The translations under genes and the position numbers were made by a program. Under the pieces are notes generated by a model. The model made no database searches. It was not told the origin of the DNA and was given only the letters and a program-made list of their open reading frames with translations. Shown here in pieces: positions 1 to 12,226 of a stretch of 64,000 nucleotides of DNA (position 1 is the first letter of the stretch; each line of letters starts with the position of its first letter). The stretch comes from Bacteroidota bacterium (GTDB lineage Bacteria; Bacteroidota; Bacteroidia; 2-12-FULL-35-15). Where the stretch lies: positions 131,135 to 195,134 of the forward strand of contig CANJYB010000005.1 of NCBI GenBank assembly GCA_947479085.1, written 5' to 3'.

Positions 1-3000
1 TCCCCTACATCTGGCATCACCGCATTAGGAGTAGGACCAAATGTATTTCAATGGACCATCAGCAATGCTCCATGTCCTGCCACCAATAGTCAGGTAACCA
101 TTACAGGAGTTGCAGTGCCAACAGTAGCTGCTGCCGGACCAAACCAAACCGTTTGTGGAACAAACGCCACTCTTGCCGGTAACACAGCTACAATAGGAAC
201 AGGTCTTTGGACCCTTGTAAGCGGAACCGGAACCATTACCACCCCTGCATCTCCAGGTTCCACAATTACAGGATTAGGAGCAGGAGCCAATGTATTTCAA
301 TGGACCATCAGCAATGCACCATGTCCTGCAACCAGCAGCCAGGTAACCATAACAGGAGTTACCCCTCCTACAGTTTCTGTTGCCGGACCTGCCCAGAGCT
401 CTTGTATTCCGGGTGCTACTTTAGCAGGAAATCTTGCAGCATCAGGTATAGGAACATGGACGCTGATTAGCGGAGCAGGAGTTATCACTAGCCCTAATTC
501 AGAAACATCCGGCATTACCGCTTTAGGAGTAGGGCCAAATGTATTTCAATGGACCATTACCAATGCACCTTGTCCTGCTTCTTCTTCGCAGGTAACAGTT
601 ACCGGTGTGGCACCTCCTACAGTTTCTGTTGCAGGTCCTGATCAGACTTTTTGTGGAAATTCTACTGTAATGGCTGGCAATACAGCATTGGTGGGTACCG
701 GTCTTTGGACTTTAGTAAGTGGAGCCGGAACCATTACCACTCCTGCATCACCTACAACAGGTTTAACTGCTTTAGGGGCAGGTGCCAATGTATTTCAATG
801 GACCATCAGCAATGCACCTTGTCCTGCGTCATCCACTCAGGTTACTATAAATGCCATCGCCAATCCTACACCATCCAATGCGGGACCAAATCAGACATTA
901 TGCGCTACCACAGCTACTATGGCTGCCAATGCACCAACTTCAGGTACCGGTACATGGGTGTTAATAAGTGGAGGTGGAACCATAGCCAATCCTAATTCTC
1001 CTACAACAAACATTACCAGTCTCGCTGTCGGTGCCAATGTATTTCAGTGGACCATAACCAATCCACCATGCCCTGTATCTTCCAGTTCGGTAACCATTAC
1101 CCGTTCTCCAACACCAACCGTTGCGGTGGCAGGACCGAATCAGAATGTTTGCGGTAATACAGCAACATTTGCCGGAAATACTGCCTTGTTAGGAACAGGC
1201 ACCTGGACACTGATAAGCGGTGCAGGCACTATCACTAATCCTGCATCTCCTACTTCGGGAATTACCGCTTTAGGTGCTGGACCCAATGTGTTTCAATGGA
1301 CCATCACCAGTCCTCCCTGTCCTCAAACTCAAAGCCAGGTAACTATTACACCGGTAAGTCCTCCAACCGCTGCTGTGGCAGGTCCAAATCAAACCATTTG
1401 CGGAACCACTGCAACCATGGCTGCAAATACTCCCGTAATAGGAACAGGAGTGTGGACTCTTGTAAGTGGTTCGGGAACAATAACAACACCTAATTCACCA
1501 ACTACTACAATTACTGCACTCGCATCTGGCCCTAATGTATTTCAATGGACCATTTCCAATGCACCTTGTCCGGTTTCTTCCAGTCAGGTAACCATTACGG
1601 GGGTTACCCCACCGGTAGTTGCTGTGGCAGGACCGGACCAAACCGTTTGCGGGGCAGTGGTGACCATGGCAGCCAATAATGCGGTACTTCCATCAACAGG
1701 TCTTTGGACAGTGGTGAGTGGCACCGGAATTTTTGTTAACGCAGCAGATGAAAACACGGATATATCAGGGTTAGCCCCGGGGGTAAATGTATTTCAATGG
1801 ACCATCAGTAACGCGCCATGTCCGGCTACTTCCAGCCAGGTAACCATAACATCCGTTCCTGTTTCAACAGTATCGAATGCCGGTCCTAATCAATCTGTTT
1901 GCGGAACTACCGCCACACTTGCCGCAAATACAGCTGTGGTTGGAGTGGGAGTATGGACATTAATCAGCGGAACTGCTATTATTACAAACCCCGCATCTCC
2001 TGCTTCAGGATTAACCGCCCTTGGAATCGGACCTAACGTGTTTCAATGGACTATAAGTAATCCACCTTGCCCTATTTCATTCAGTCAGGTTACTATTACC
2101 CGGGTTGTTCCTCCTACTGTTTCAGTAGCAGGACCTAATCAGAATATTTGCTCCACAACAGCAACATTAGCAGGAAATGTGGCCGCTATCGGAGTTGGAA
2201 CCTGGACCTTAATCAGTGGAGCAGGAACTATTACTAATCCTAATTCTCCAACATCAGGACTTACAGCACTGGGAGTGGGTGTCAATGTGTTTCAATGGTC
2301 AATTGACAATGCACCTTGCCCGGCTTCAACCAGTCAGGTGACGATTACCACCGTTGCCGGCCCAACTACAGCGATTGCCGGTCCGAACCAAACGGTATGC
2401 GCCACATCAGTTAATATGGCAGCTAATACGCCATTAGTGGGAACCGGTTTATGGACTTTAATAAGCGGAGCAGGAACGATAACAACTCCGGCCTCACCAT
2501 CAACAACCATTGCAGGGTTAGCCGCAGGGCCTAACGTTTTTCAATGGACCATATCAAGTCCTCCTTGTCCTCCTTCTATCAGCCAGGTAACTATTACCGG
2601 TATAGCACAACCATCTGTGGCAAATGCGGGTCCTCCACAAAATATATGTGGTTTAACAGCTACATTGGCAGGTAATATACCAACTGCAGGAACAGGAGTC
2701 TGGACATTGATAAGCGGAGCCGGAACCTTTGCCAACCCGAATTCAAATAGCACCACGGTTACCGGTTTACTTACCGGACCTAATGTATTTCAATGGACTA
2801 TTACTAATCCACCTTGTCCTCCTTCCACATCACAGGTAACAATAACAAGAGTTGCTGCTACTTCTCCTGCAGTTGCAGGTCCGCCTCAAACCGTTTGTGG
2901 AACAAACGCTACAATGGCTGCTACACCTCCGGTTGTTGGTGTTGGTACTTGGACGCTTATCAGCGGAGCAGGTGTTATAACCAATCCTCTTTTGTTTAAC

Positions 3001-6000
3001 ACAACGGTTACCGGTTTAGGTCTTGGAGCAAATGTATTTCAGTGGACGGTTTCAAATCCTCCGTGTAACCCAACTTCAGGTCAGGTAACTATTACCAGTG
3101 TAAGTGCTCCTACCACAGCTAATGCCGGACAGGATCAGACGGTTTGTGCACCGCTTGCTACATTGGCAGGAAACGTTGCAGCAGTTGGTGTCGGAACATG
3201 GACAGTAGTGAGTGGAACAGGAACAATAAGTGCCATTCATAATCAGGCATCAAATGTTACCAACCTTGGAATAGGAACCAATATTTTCGTGTGGACTATT
3301 GCTTTGGCAGGTTGTCCTCCATCTATCGATTCGGTTACCATAACAGGTGTTGCAGGACCAACTATAGCAGCAGCCGGACCTGTTCAGTTTGTATGCGGAA
3401 CTACTACCATCATGGCTGGAAATGTTCCAGTAGTGGGTACAGGTTTATGGACGCTTATCAGCGGGGCAGGAATAATTACCACTCCAACGGATCCTTTTAC
3501 CGGAATTACAGGACTTGGTACAGGAGCAAATGTATTTCAGTGGACCATAAGCAATCCTCCTTGTCCTCCTTCTTTTAGTCAGGTAACCATCAATGGAATT
3601 ACCATTCCGGATGTTGCTTTAGCGGGTCCGGACCAAATAATATGCGGTCCGAATGGTACTTTTGCAGGAAATGCTCCGGCAGTAGGTACAGGGCTTTGGA
3701 CATTAATAAGCGGAGCAGGAACCATCACCACTCCATCTTCGGCTACTTCCGGGGTTACAGCTTTGGGTGTGGGAGCAAATGTGTTTCAATGGACCATTAG
3801 CAACGCACCTTGTCCTCCTTCATTCGATCAGGTAACCTTAACAAGTGTAGGAGTTCCTACTGTAGCAGCAGCAGGGCCGCCCCAAACCGTTTGCGGAACC
3901 ACAGTCACAATGAATGCAACCCCTGTATTGGTAGGAGTTGGAACCTGGACTGTAATAAGCGGAACTGGTATTATTGCAAATGTAAATTCTCCGACAACCA
4001 GTATAACTGGACTTAGTTCAGGTGCAAATGTATTTCAATGGCAAGTAGACAATTTGCCTTGTCCTCCGACAATGAGCCAGGTAACCATTACAAGTGTTGC
4101 AAATCCCGATGCAGCGGATGCAGGGCCCGACCAAACGGTATGTGGACTTACAGCTACCCTTGCAGGAAATATTCCTTTAGTCGGAACCGGAACATGGACA
4201 TTAATCAGCGGATCAGGGACCATCACTAATCCATCTCAAGAAAATTCAGGAGTGACTGCTCTTGGTTTTGGGGCTAATATATTTCAATGGGAAATAGATA
4301 ATGCTCCCTGTCCTGCTTCAACCGACCAGGTAACCATTACCAGTGTGGGTGTTCCTCCAGTGGCAGCAGCTGGTCCAAATCAAACCATTTGCGGAACAAA
4401 TGCCACAATGGCTGCTAATGCTGCCGGAGTGGGTACCGGTACCTGGACATTAATCAGCGGAGCAGGGGTAATTACTTCACCTAATTCCCCGACAACAACA
4501 ATTACGGCACTTGGTGTAGGACCTAATGTATTTCAATGGCAGGTGGATGATTTACCTTGTCCGCCAACTACCAGCCAGGTAACAATAACCGGGGCAATAC
4601 CACCAACAGTAGCTGTTGCAGGACCAAACCAAACCATTTGTAATAATTCAACCACATTAGCAGGAAATGCTCCTACGGTAGGAACAGGTACCTGGACCTT
4701 AATCAGCGGAGCAGGAACAATAACAAATCCTAATTTGGAAAATACCACTGTAACAGGCTTAGGTGTTGGTGCCAATGTGTTTGAATGGTCAATTGCAGTT
4801 GCAAATTGTCCTCCATCCACCAGCCAGGTAACCATTACAGCAGGCGCTGTTCCTACAGTTGCAAATGCCGGAGCTGCACAAACCGTTTGCGGAACAAATG
4901 CAACATTGACCGGAAATACTGCATTAATAGGAGTTGGAACCTGGACCTTAATCAGCGGAGCAGGAACTATAACCAACCCGAATTCTGAAACGTCTACTAT
5001 TACCGGACTTGGAGCCGGGCCTAATGTTTTTGAATGGACCATTGCACTTTTACCTTGTCCTCCAACTTCCAGCCAGGTAACCATTACCGGGGTAACACCT
5101 CCTACAGTTTCCCTTGCGGGAACTGACCAGACGGTTTGTGGAACGGCTGCAACACTTGCCGGAAACACTGCGCTTGTTGGAACCGGTACATGGACATTAG
5201 TAAGTGGAACAGGCGTTATAGCCAATCCTAATTCGCCTAATTCTGCTGTTACAGGGCTTACCTTTGGAGCGAATGTGTTTCAATGGACAATAGATAATCC
5301 AATATGCCCTGCTTCCACCGACCAGGTAACTATCACAGCGGTTGATCAACCAACGGTTGCAGTTGCAGGACCAAATCAAACGGTATGCGGAACCAATGCA
5401 ACCATGGCTGCCAATCTACCTGCAATAGGAACAGGAGTCTGGACCTTAATCAGCGGAGCAGGAACTATTACTACTACAACACTTGAAAACTCAACAATCA
5501 CAGCACTTGGAGTAGGGCCAAATGTATTTCAATGGACCATTAGCAATGCGCCTTGTCCGGCATCCATCAGCCAGGTAACTATTACTGGTGTCGGCATTCC
5601 GACAATTGCAGCAGCAGGCCCTAACCAAACAGTTTGTGGAACAAACGCTACCCTTGCGGGAAATACTGCATTGGTTGGAATAGGTACCTGGACATTGGTG
5701 AGTGGAGCAGGAACTATAACCAACCCGAATTCTGAAGTATCCACAATTACAGCTCTTGGAGCAGGGGCAAACGTGTTCCAATGGACAATTGATAATCCTA
5801 TTTGCCCAAATACCTCCAGCCAGGTTACCATTACCGTTGTTACACCACCAACAGTGTCAGTTGCGGGTCCTGTACAAACTGTGTGTGGAACCAATGCAAC
5901 CTTTGCTGCCAATCTGCCTGTGGTGGGAACAGGAGTTTGGACGGTAATCAGCGGAAGCGGAACCATTACAAATACTTCTTCAGAAATATCCACCATTACC

Positions 6001-7602
6001 TCTTTAGGTGCTGGGGCCAATATTTTTGAATGGACCATAAGTAATTCCCCATGCCCGGCATCTACCAGTCAGGTTACTATAAATGGCGTTACTCCACCTA
6101 CAGTTGCTGTTGCAGGTGCTAACCAATCATTGTGTGTTGATAATACCACTCTGGCAGGAAATCCTGTAGTATCAGGTACCGGTTTATGGAGTGTAATCAG
6201 TGGATCTGGAACTATTACCAATCCTTCTTCACCAACTTCAACAGTTACAGGATTAGGATTAGGAGCTAATGTTTTCCAATGGTCCATAAGCAATGCACCA
6301 TGCCCTGTATCTACCAGCCAGGTTACCATTACAGTAAATCCTATTCCGGTAGTGGGAGTAAATTCTCCCACCATTTGTGCAGGACAGGTAGCCAATTTAT
6401 TGGCAAACGGAGCAACAACTTATACCTGGACTGCCGGAGCAACTGCGGGAATTGGCGGTGCAGCAACGGCTTCACCAATAGTTAATACCAGCTATACAGT
6501 AACCGGTACATCACTAGGATGTTCAAGTACTGCTGTATCCACTGTTTCTGTTAATCAACTCCCAACAGCAACTATTTCAGGTGGAGGTAGTGTTTGTTTT
6601 GGAAATAACACTCCTTCAATAGTTATTACTTTTACTGGAATTGGCCCATGGAGCTTGACATACACTGATGGAACAATACCAACAACGGTTGCAGTTGGTG
6701 CTTCACCTTACACCATTGTTAATCCTACGGCAGGAATTTATGCTGTAACCAATGTATCGGATGTTAATTGTACAGGAACATTTGCCGGAGTAGCTCCTGT
6801 TATTATTAATCCATTACCTGTTCCTTCTTTCACTGGACCTCTTTCGGGATGCGCGCCTTATTGTGCAACATTTACTAATACAAGCACTATCCCTTCAGGA
6901 AGCATTACAGGTTATTATTGGAATTTTGGAAATGGCATTGGTTCGAATTCTAATCAACAGGATCCCACTTTCTGTTATAATAATTCAGGTACTTTCTCGG
7001 TTACATTAACCGATACTTCCAACTTTGGATGTGTTGCTTCTTTTACCAATACTAATATGATAACCATTTACCCGGTTCCTACTGCTGAATTTACAGCGCC
7101 TTCGGTTCACAGTATCATCAATCCGATAATGCAGTTTACTGACCATTCTATTGGTGCTACCACCTGGCATTGGGATTTCGGTGACTCGTATTCTTTAAGT
7201 ACAAATACCAGCACACTCCAAAATCCTTCCCATCAATATTCACAATTGGGAACATACTGTGTATTATTGACAGTAACCAACGGTCATTGTACTGATACAA
7301 CGGAAATATGTGTGGTAATAGAGCCGGAATGTACTTTCTATATACCAAATGCATTTACTCCTAACGGAGATGGCAGCAATGATGAATTCTTTGGTAAGGG
7401 CGAAGGTATTTTAGAATATAATATGACCATTTATGATAGATGGGGAATGAAAATATTCTATTGCGATGACATTAATGACCATTGGCATGGAGATTTTGCA
7501 GGAAATGAATGCCAGCAGGATGTATATGTATATGTAGTGAACCTTGTGGATATACATCACGAAGAACATAAATACATGGGCAGTGTTACTTTGGTAAGGT
7601 AG
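1..7602 (+). CDS. Giant cell-surface adhesin, 5'-partial. At least 26 tandem ~83-aa Ig-like repeats, then PKD-like domains and a T9SS type-B (CHU_C, gliding motility-associated) C-terminal sorting domain.
   Basis: The reading frame is open from nucleotide 1, so the track ORF at 115 is an internal GTG. The motif NVFQWTISNAPCP...SQVTIT recurs every ~249 bp from nucleotide 40 to 6265. The C-terminus carries the PNAFTPNGDGSNDEF motif typical of the type-B CTD. Confidence 0.85.
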   Translation, partial: SPTSGITALGVGPNVFQWTISNAPCPATNSQVTITGVAVPTVAAAGPNQTVCGTNATLAGNTATIGTGLWTLVSGTGTITTPASPGSTITGLGAGANVFQWTISNAPCPATSSQVTITGVTPPTVSVAGPAQSSCIPGATLAGNLAASGIGTWTLISGAGVITSPNSETSGITALGVGPNVFQWTITNAPCPASSSQVTVTGVAPPTVSVAGPDQTFCGNSTVMAGNTALVGTGLWTLVSGAGTITTPASPTTGLTALGAGANVFQWTISNAPCPASSTQVTINAIANPTPSNAGPNQTLCATTATMAANAPTSGTGTWVLISGGGTIANPNSPTTNITSLAVGANVFQWTITNPPCPVSSSSVTITRSPTPTVAVAGPNQNVCGNTATFAGNTALLGTGTWTLISGAGTITNPASPTSGITALGAGPNVFQWTITSPPCPQTQSQVTITPVSPPTAAVAGPNQTICGTTATMAANTPVIGTGVWTLVSGSGTITTPNSPTTTITALASGPNVFQWTISNAPCPVSSSQVTITGVTPPVVAVAGPDQTVCGAVVTMAANNAVLPSTGLWTVVSGTGIFVNAADENTDISGLAPGVNVFQWTISNAPCPATSSQVTITSVPVSTVSNAGPNQSVCGTTATLAANTAVVGVGVWTLISGTAIITNPASPASGLTALGIGPNVFQWTISNPPCPISFSQVTITRVVPPTVSVAGPNQNICSTTATLAGNVAAIGVGTWTLISGAGTITNPNSPTSGLTALGVGVNVFQWSIDNAPCPASTSQVTITTVAGPTTAIAGPNQTVCATSVNMAANTPLVGTGLWTLISGAGTITTPASPSTTIAGLAAGPNVFQWTISSPPCPPSISQVTITGIAQPSVANAGPPQNICGLTATLAGNIPTAGTGVWTLISGAGTFANPNSNSTTVTGLLTGPNVFQWTITNPPCPPSTSQVTITRVAATSPAVAGPPQTVCGTNATMAATPPVVGVGTWTLISGAGVITNPLLFNTTVTGLGLGANVFQWTVSNPPCNPTSGQVTITSVSAPTTANAGQDQTVCAPLATLAGNVAAVGVGTWTVVSGTGTISAIHNQASNVTNLGIGTNIFVWTIALAGCPPSIDSVTITGVAGPTIAAAGPVQFVCGTTTIMAGNVPVVGTGLWTLISGAGIITTPTDPFTGITGLGTGANVFQWTISNPPCPPSFSQVTINGITIPDVALAGPDQIICGPNGTFAGNAPAVGTGLWTLISGAGTITTPSSATSGVTALGVGANVFQWTISNAPCPPSFDQVTLTSVGVPTVAAAGPPQTVCGTTVTMNATPVLVGVGTWTVISGTGIIANVNSPTTSITGLSSGANVFQWQVDNLPCPPTMSQVTITSVANPDAADAGPDQTVCGLTATLAGNIPLVGTGTWTLISGSGTITNPSQENSGVTALGFGANIFQWEIDNAPCPASTDQVTITSVGVPPVAAAGPNQTICGTNATMAANAAGVGTGTWTLISGAGVITSPNSPTTTITALGVGPNVFQWQVDDLPCPPTTSQVTITGAIPPTVAVAGPNQTICNNSTTLAGNAPTVGTGTWTLISGAGTITNPNLENTTVTGLGVGANVFEWSIAVANCPPSTSQVTITAGAVPTVANAGAAQTVCGTNATLTGNTALIGVGTWTLISGAGTITNPNSETSTITGLGAGPNVFEWTIALLPCPPTSSQVTITGVTPPTVSLAGTDQTVCGTAATLAGNTALVGTGTWTLVSGTGVIANPNSPNSAVTGLTFGANVFQWTIDNPICPASTDQVTITAVDQPTVAVAGPNQTVCGTNATMAANLPAIGTGVWTLISGAGTITTTTLENSTITALGVGPNVFQWTISNAPCPASISQVTITGVGIPTIAAAGPNQTVCGTNATLAGNTALVGIGTWTLVSGAGTITNPNSEVSTITALGAGANVFQWTIDNPICPNTSSQVTITVVTPPTVSVAGPVQTVCGTNATFAANLPVVGTGVWTVISGSGTITNTSSEISTITSLGAGANIFEWTISNSPCPASTSQVTINGVTPPTVAVAGANQSLCVDNTTLAGNPVVSGTGLWSVISGSGTITNPSSPTSTVTGLGLGANVFQWSISNAPCPVSTSQVTITVNPIPVVGVNSPTICAGQVANLLANGATTYTWTAGATAGIGGAATASPIVNTSYTVTGTSLGCSSTAVSTVSVNQLPTATISGGGSVCFGNNTPSIVITFTGIGPWSLTYTDGTIPTTVAVGASPYTIVNPTAGIYAVTNVSDVNCTGTFAGVAPVIINPLPVPSFTGPLSGCAPYCATFTNTSTIPSGSITGYYWNFGNGIGSNSNQQDPTFCYNNSGTFSVTLTDTSNFGCVASFTNTNMITIYPVPTAEFTAPSVHSIINPIMQFTDHSIGATTWHWDFGDSYSLSTNTSTLQNPSHQYSQLGTYCVLLTVTNGHCTDTTEICVVIEPECTFYIPNAFTPNGDGSNDEFFGKGEGILEYNMTIYDRWGMKIFYCDDINDHWHGDFAGNECQQDVYVYVVNLVDIHHEEHKYMGSVTLVR

Positions 7603-7663
7603 TTTCTTTATTAAAAACTATCTGCCTGCTCTAGAACATAAGACTATTATATAGAATAAAAAG

Positions 7664-7698
7664 AAAACCATCCGCTAATTTCGGATGGTTTTCTTTTT
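7664..7698 (+). terminator. Rho-independent terminator after the adhesin gene
   Basis: Stem aaccatccg / cggatggtt with loop ctaatt, followed by a T-run. Confidence 0.6.
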
Positions 7699-7916
7699 GG
7701 AAATAATTACTAACCGGCTAAAAAAAGGAAATTGGGCTAAAGCCCTTAAAAGCCTAAAACCCCGGAATACACCGCTGAACGTTCAGGTGGGTATGTAATA
7801 AAATGACAGAGGTTGGCAAAACAGAAGCTTAAAGCTAATCAGGTTTAACAAAAAAAGAAATAATTATACAATAAAAATAACTGCTCACACAGAACCAAGC
7901 CGGAAACCCAGGAGCC

Positions 7917-8094
7917 ATCTGTCCGGTCGGGCAAAGGCTCCCCAAAAAGTTGGGGTTCACCTGTCCGGTCGGACAGATCACCCGCGGAAATCTGTGGAGG
8001 CTCTGTCCGGTCAGACAGACCACCCACGGAAATCTGTGGAGCATCTGTCCGGTCAGACAGACCACCCCCGGAAATCCGGGGGCGGTCTGTCTGA
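7917..8094. repeat. Four tandem ~43-bp GC-rich units, each containing a hairpin (CTGTCCGGTCAGACAG type)
   Basis: Direct reading. The core ctgtccggtc(a/g)gacaga-cc-acccNcggaaatc(tg/cg)tggag repeats four times. GC content is far above the local background. Confidence 0.7.
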
Positions 8095-8182
8095 GTAATC
8101 AAATTACATATTATCAATAAGTTAACACATTTTAACCATACGAAGAAATAAATAAAACAAAATACGAAGGAATGAACAAAAC

Positions 8183-8220
8183 AAAAAGCGCTCTGTAATT
8201 AAACAGAGCGCTTTTTATTT
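8183..8220 (-). terminator. Bidirectional hairpin terminator downstream of gyrB
   Basis: agcgctctgt / acagagcgct stem, flanked by an A-run and a T-run. Confidence 0.6.
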
Positions 8221-8236
8221 ATTCGATATCTAAAAC

Positions 8237-10303
<2,067 letters not shown>

Positions 10304-10404
10304 TTATTAACATTTTTTGAATGAAATTACATTGGTTAATAGGGGGCCATTTTTAATCAAAAAAGAGATAAAATACAGCTAAAAAGAGAGAATAAGAAAA
10401 GGGA

Positions 10405-10445
10405 TTAAAAAAAACGTCCGGGGTTTAACCACGGACGTTTTAAGT
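10405..10445 (-). terminator. Terminator downstream of hppD
   Basis: acgtccg / cggacgt stem. On the minus strand it is followed by a T-run. Confidence 0.55.
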
Positions 10446-10465
10446 TTTATGAATAAAAGAAATGA

Positions 10466-11626
10466 TTAAAGAGTCCCTCTCTTTTCCTGTTCTCTTTCTA
10501 TTGATTCAAATAATGCTTTAAAATTACCTGCTCCAAAGCCCTTAGCTCCCATTCTTTGGATAATTTCAAAGAAAACGGTTGGGCGGTCTTCCAATGGTTT
10601 GGTGAATATCTGTAATAAGTATCCGTCTTCATCAGCATCCACCAGGATAGCTAATTTTTCAATAACGGTCATATCCTCGTGCATCATTTCCATGTGTTTG
10701 CCAAGGCGTTTTGGAATTTCTTCATAATAAGCAGGAGGTGGTGCGGATAAGAACTCAACCCCTCTAGCCCTAAGCTCCATTACTGTTTTTATTATGTCAT
10801 CAGTGGCTATTGCCATGTGCTGTACACCAGGACTTTCATAAAAATCGATGTATTCTTCAATTTGTGATTTCTTTTTTCCTTTAGCGGGTTCGTTAATCGG
10901 AAATTTAATTCTTCCATTCCCGTTACTCATTACTTTACTCATTAATGCGGAATATTCAGTAGTGATTTGTTTATCATCAAATGAAAGGAAATTGACAAAG
11001 CCCATTACTTCTTCGTACCATTTTACCCATTGGTTCATTTCGCCCCATCCAACATTACCCACCATGTGGTCGATGAATTTTAAACCTGTTGGAGAAGGAT
11101 TATAATCCGATTTCCATTCTCTGTAACCAGGAAGAAAAAGTCCTTTATAATTTTTTCGTTCTACAAACATGTGAACAGTTTCTCCATAGGTATAAATCCC
11201 CGAACGAATCACCTCGCCATGTTCATCTTTTTCTGTAGTAGGTTCCATAAAAGGTTTTGCACCTCTTTTAACAGTTTCTTCAAATGATTTGGTGGCATCT
11301 TCTACCCATAGCGCAATAACTTTTACACCGTCTCCATGTTTTGCCAGGTGAGCATTTATAGGAGATTGGGAGTTTAAGGGAGTAGTTAATACTATTCGTA
11401 TCTTATCCTGCGCAAGAACATAAGAAGCATACTCCCTGGAACCTGTTTCTAGGCCTTTATAAGCATAGGATTGAAAACCAAAAGCGGTTTTATAAAAGTG
11501 GGCTGCCTGTTTTGCATTTCCTACATAAAATTCCACATAATCGGTTCCTAATAAAGGAAGAAAGTCCTGTGCTCCTTCAAATATTTTTTCTAAACCGTAT
11601 TCTACATTTTTAACTTCTTTGCTCAT
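10466..11626 (-). CDS. hppD: 4-hydroxyphenylpyruvate dioxygenase
   Basis: 386 aa, two VOC domains, and the C-terminal GFGAGNFKALFESIEREQ signature. Confidence 0.9.
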   Translation of the reverse strand: MSKEVKNVEYGLEKIFEGAQDFLPLLGTDYVEFYVGNAKQAAHFYKTAFGFQSYAYKGLETGSREYASYVLAQDKIRIVLTTPLNSQSPINAHLAKHGDGVKVIALWVEDATKSFEETVKRGAKPFMEPTTEKDEHGEVIRSGIYTYGETVHMFVERKNYKGLFLPGYREWKSDYNPSPTGLKFIDHMVGNVGWGEMNQWVKWYEEVMGFVNFLSFDDKQITTEYSALMSKVMSNGNGRIKFPINEPAKGKKKSQIEEYIDFYESPGVQHMAIATDDIIKTVMELRARGVEFLSAPPPAYYEEIPKRLGKHMEMMHEDMTVIEKLAILVDADEDGYLLQIFTKPLEDRPTVFFEIIQRMGAKGFGAGNFKALFESIEREQEKRGTL

Positions 11627-11943
11627 GTTTTTTGTTTTTTATTTGCTTTTTTATATTGAGTTCTTGGTTCTCCAACAAATTTATATTTATAATCTTCATA
11701 ATTTCCTAACACTTGTTCAATATGATATACTTCATCACAATCATCAAAAGTAAATCCTTCTCCTCCCAGAATTGTCCACTTTTTACGCTGATTTGTATTC
11801 AGTTTTTTTATGTCAGAAAAAAAATCAATTGGAGTAACTATTATTCTTCCATCATTCAAATAAATGTCAATTTTGCCTCTTTTTGAAAAAGATATTTTCG
11901 TGATTCTTGGTTCATAACCTATCGCGCCTTCTATTTTTCTCAT
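11623..11943 (-). CDS. DUF2442-family small protein
   Basis: The pattern DGRIIVTPIDFF...RKKWTILGGEGFTFDDCDEVYHIEQVL fits DUF2442. The gene overlaps the hppD start by 4 bp. Confidence 0.6.
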   Translation of the reverse strand: MRKIEGAIGYEPRITKISFSKRGKIDIYLNDGRIIVTPIDFFSDIKKLNTNQRKKWTILGGEGFTFDDCDEVYHIEQVLGNYEDYKYKFVGEPRTQYKKANKKQKT

Positions 11944-11996
11944 TTCGATACTTTTATTGTTTTAAATTCTTTTCCTGAATAAAATAATTCTAATTG

Positions 11997-12224
11997 TTAC
12001 TTTAACTCCTTTTCGAAACGCAAAATTAATTTTTCAACTTCATTAATTTCGGTTGTTGTAAAATCGCCCTTTTTTGCCAATTCTATTTTGGGCTCTAACC
12101 AAAACTTTGCAGGAACGAATTCCCTTACGGACTTTTTAGCGACATGAATATGAACTCTCTTTTCAAATTTATCAATCGAAAAAATGATGAAAACAAAATT
12201 CTTAAAGATTAATATCTTGGGCAT
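11997..12224 (-). CDS. DUF4160-family small protein, the usual partner of DUF2442
   Basis: Begins MPKI, with H-x-H and an AKF...EL pattern, and sits immediately upstream of the DUF2442 gene. It lies 2 nt after the hmgA stop. Confidence 0.55.
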   Translation of the reverse strand: MPKILIFKNFVFIIFSIDKFEKRVHIHVAKKSVREFVPAKFWLEPKIELAKKGDFTTTEINEVEKLILRFEKELK

Positions 12225-12226
12225 TC

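Noticed and set aside
4533-5225. 230-aa antisense ORF inside the giant adhesin gene. Similar ones occur at 90-290, 297-515, 2541-2756, 4035-4226, 5529-6038 and 6069-6395, with small + strand out-of-frame ORFs at 207-470, 651-995 and elsewhere.
   Set aside because: They recur at the repeat period and have low-complexity P/V/T/G-rich translations. They are by-products of the 249-bp tandem coding repeat on the opposite strand or in another frame.
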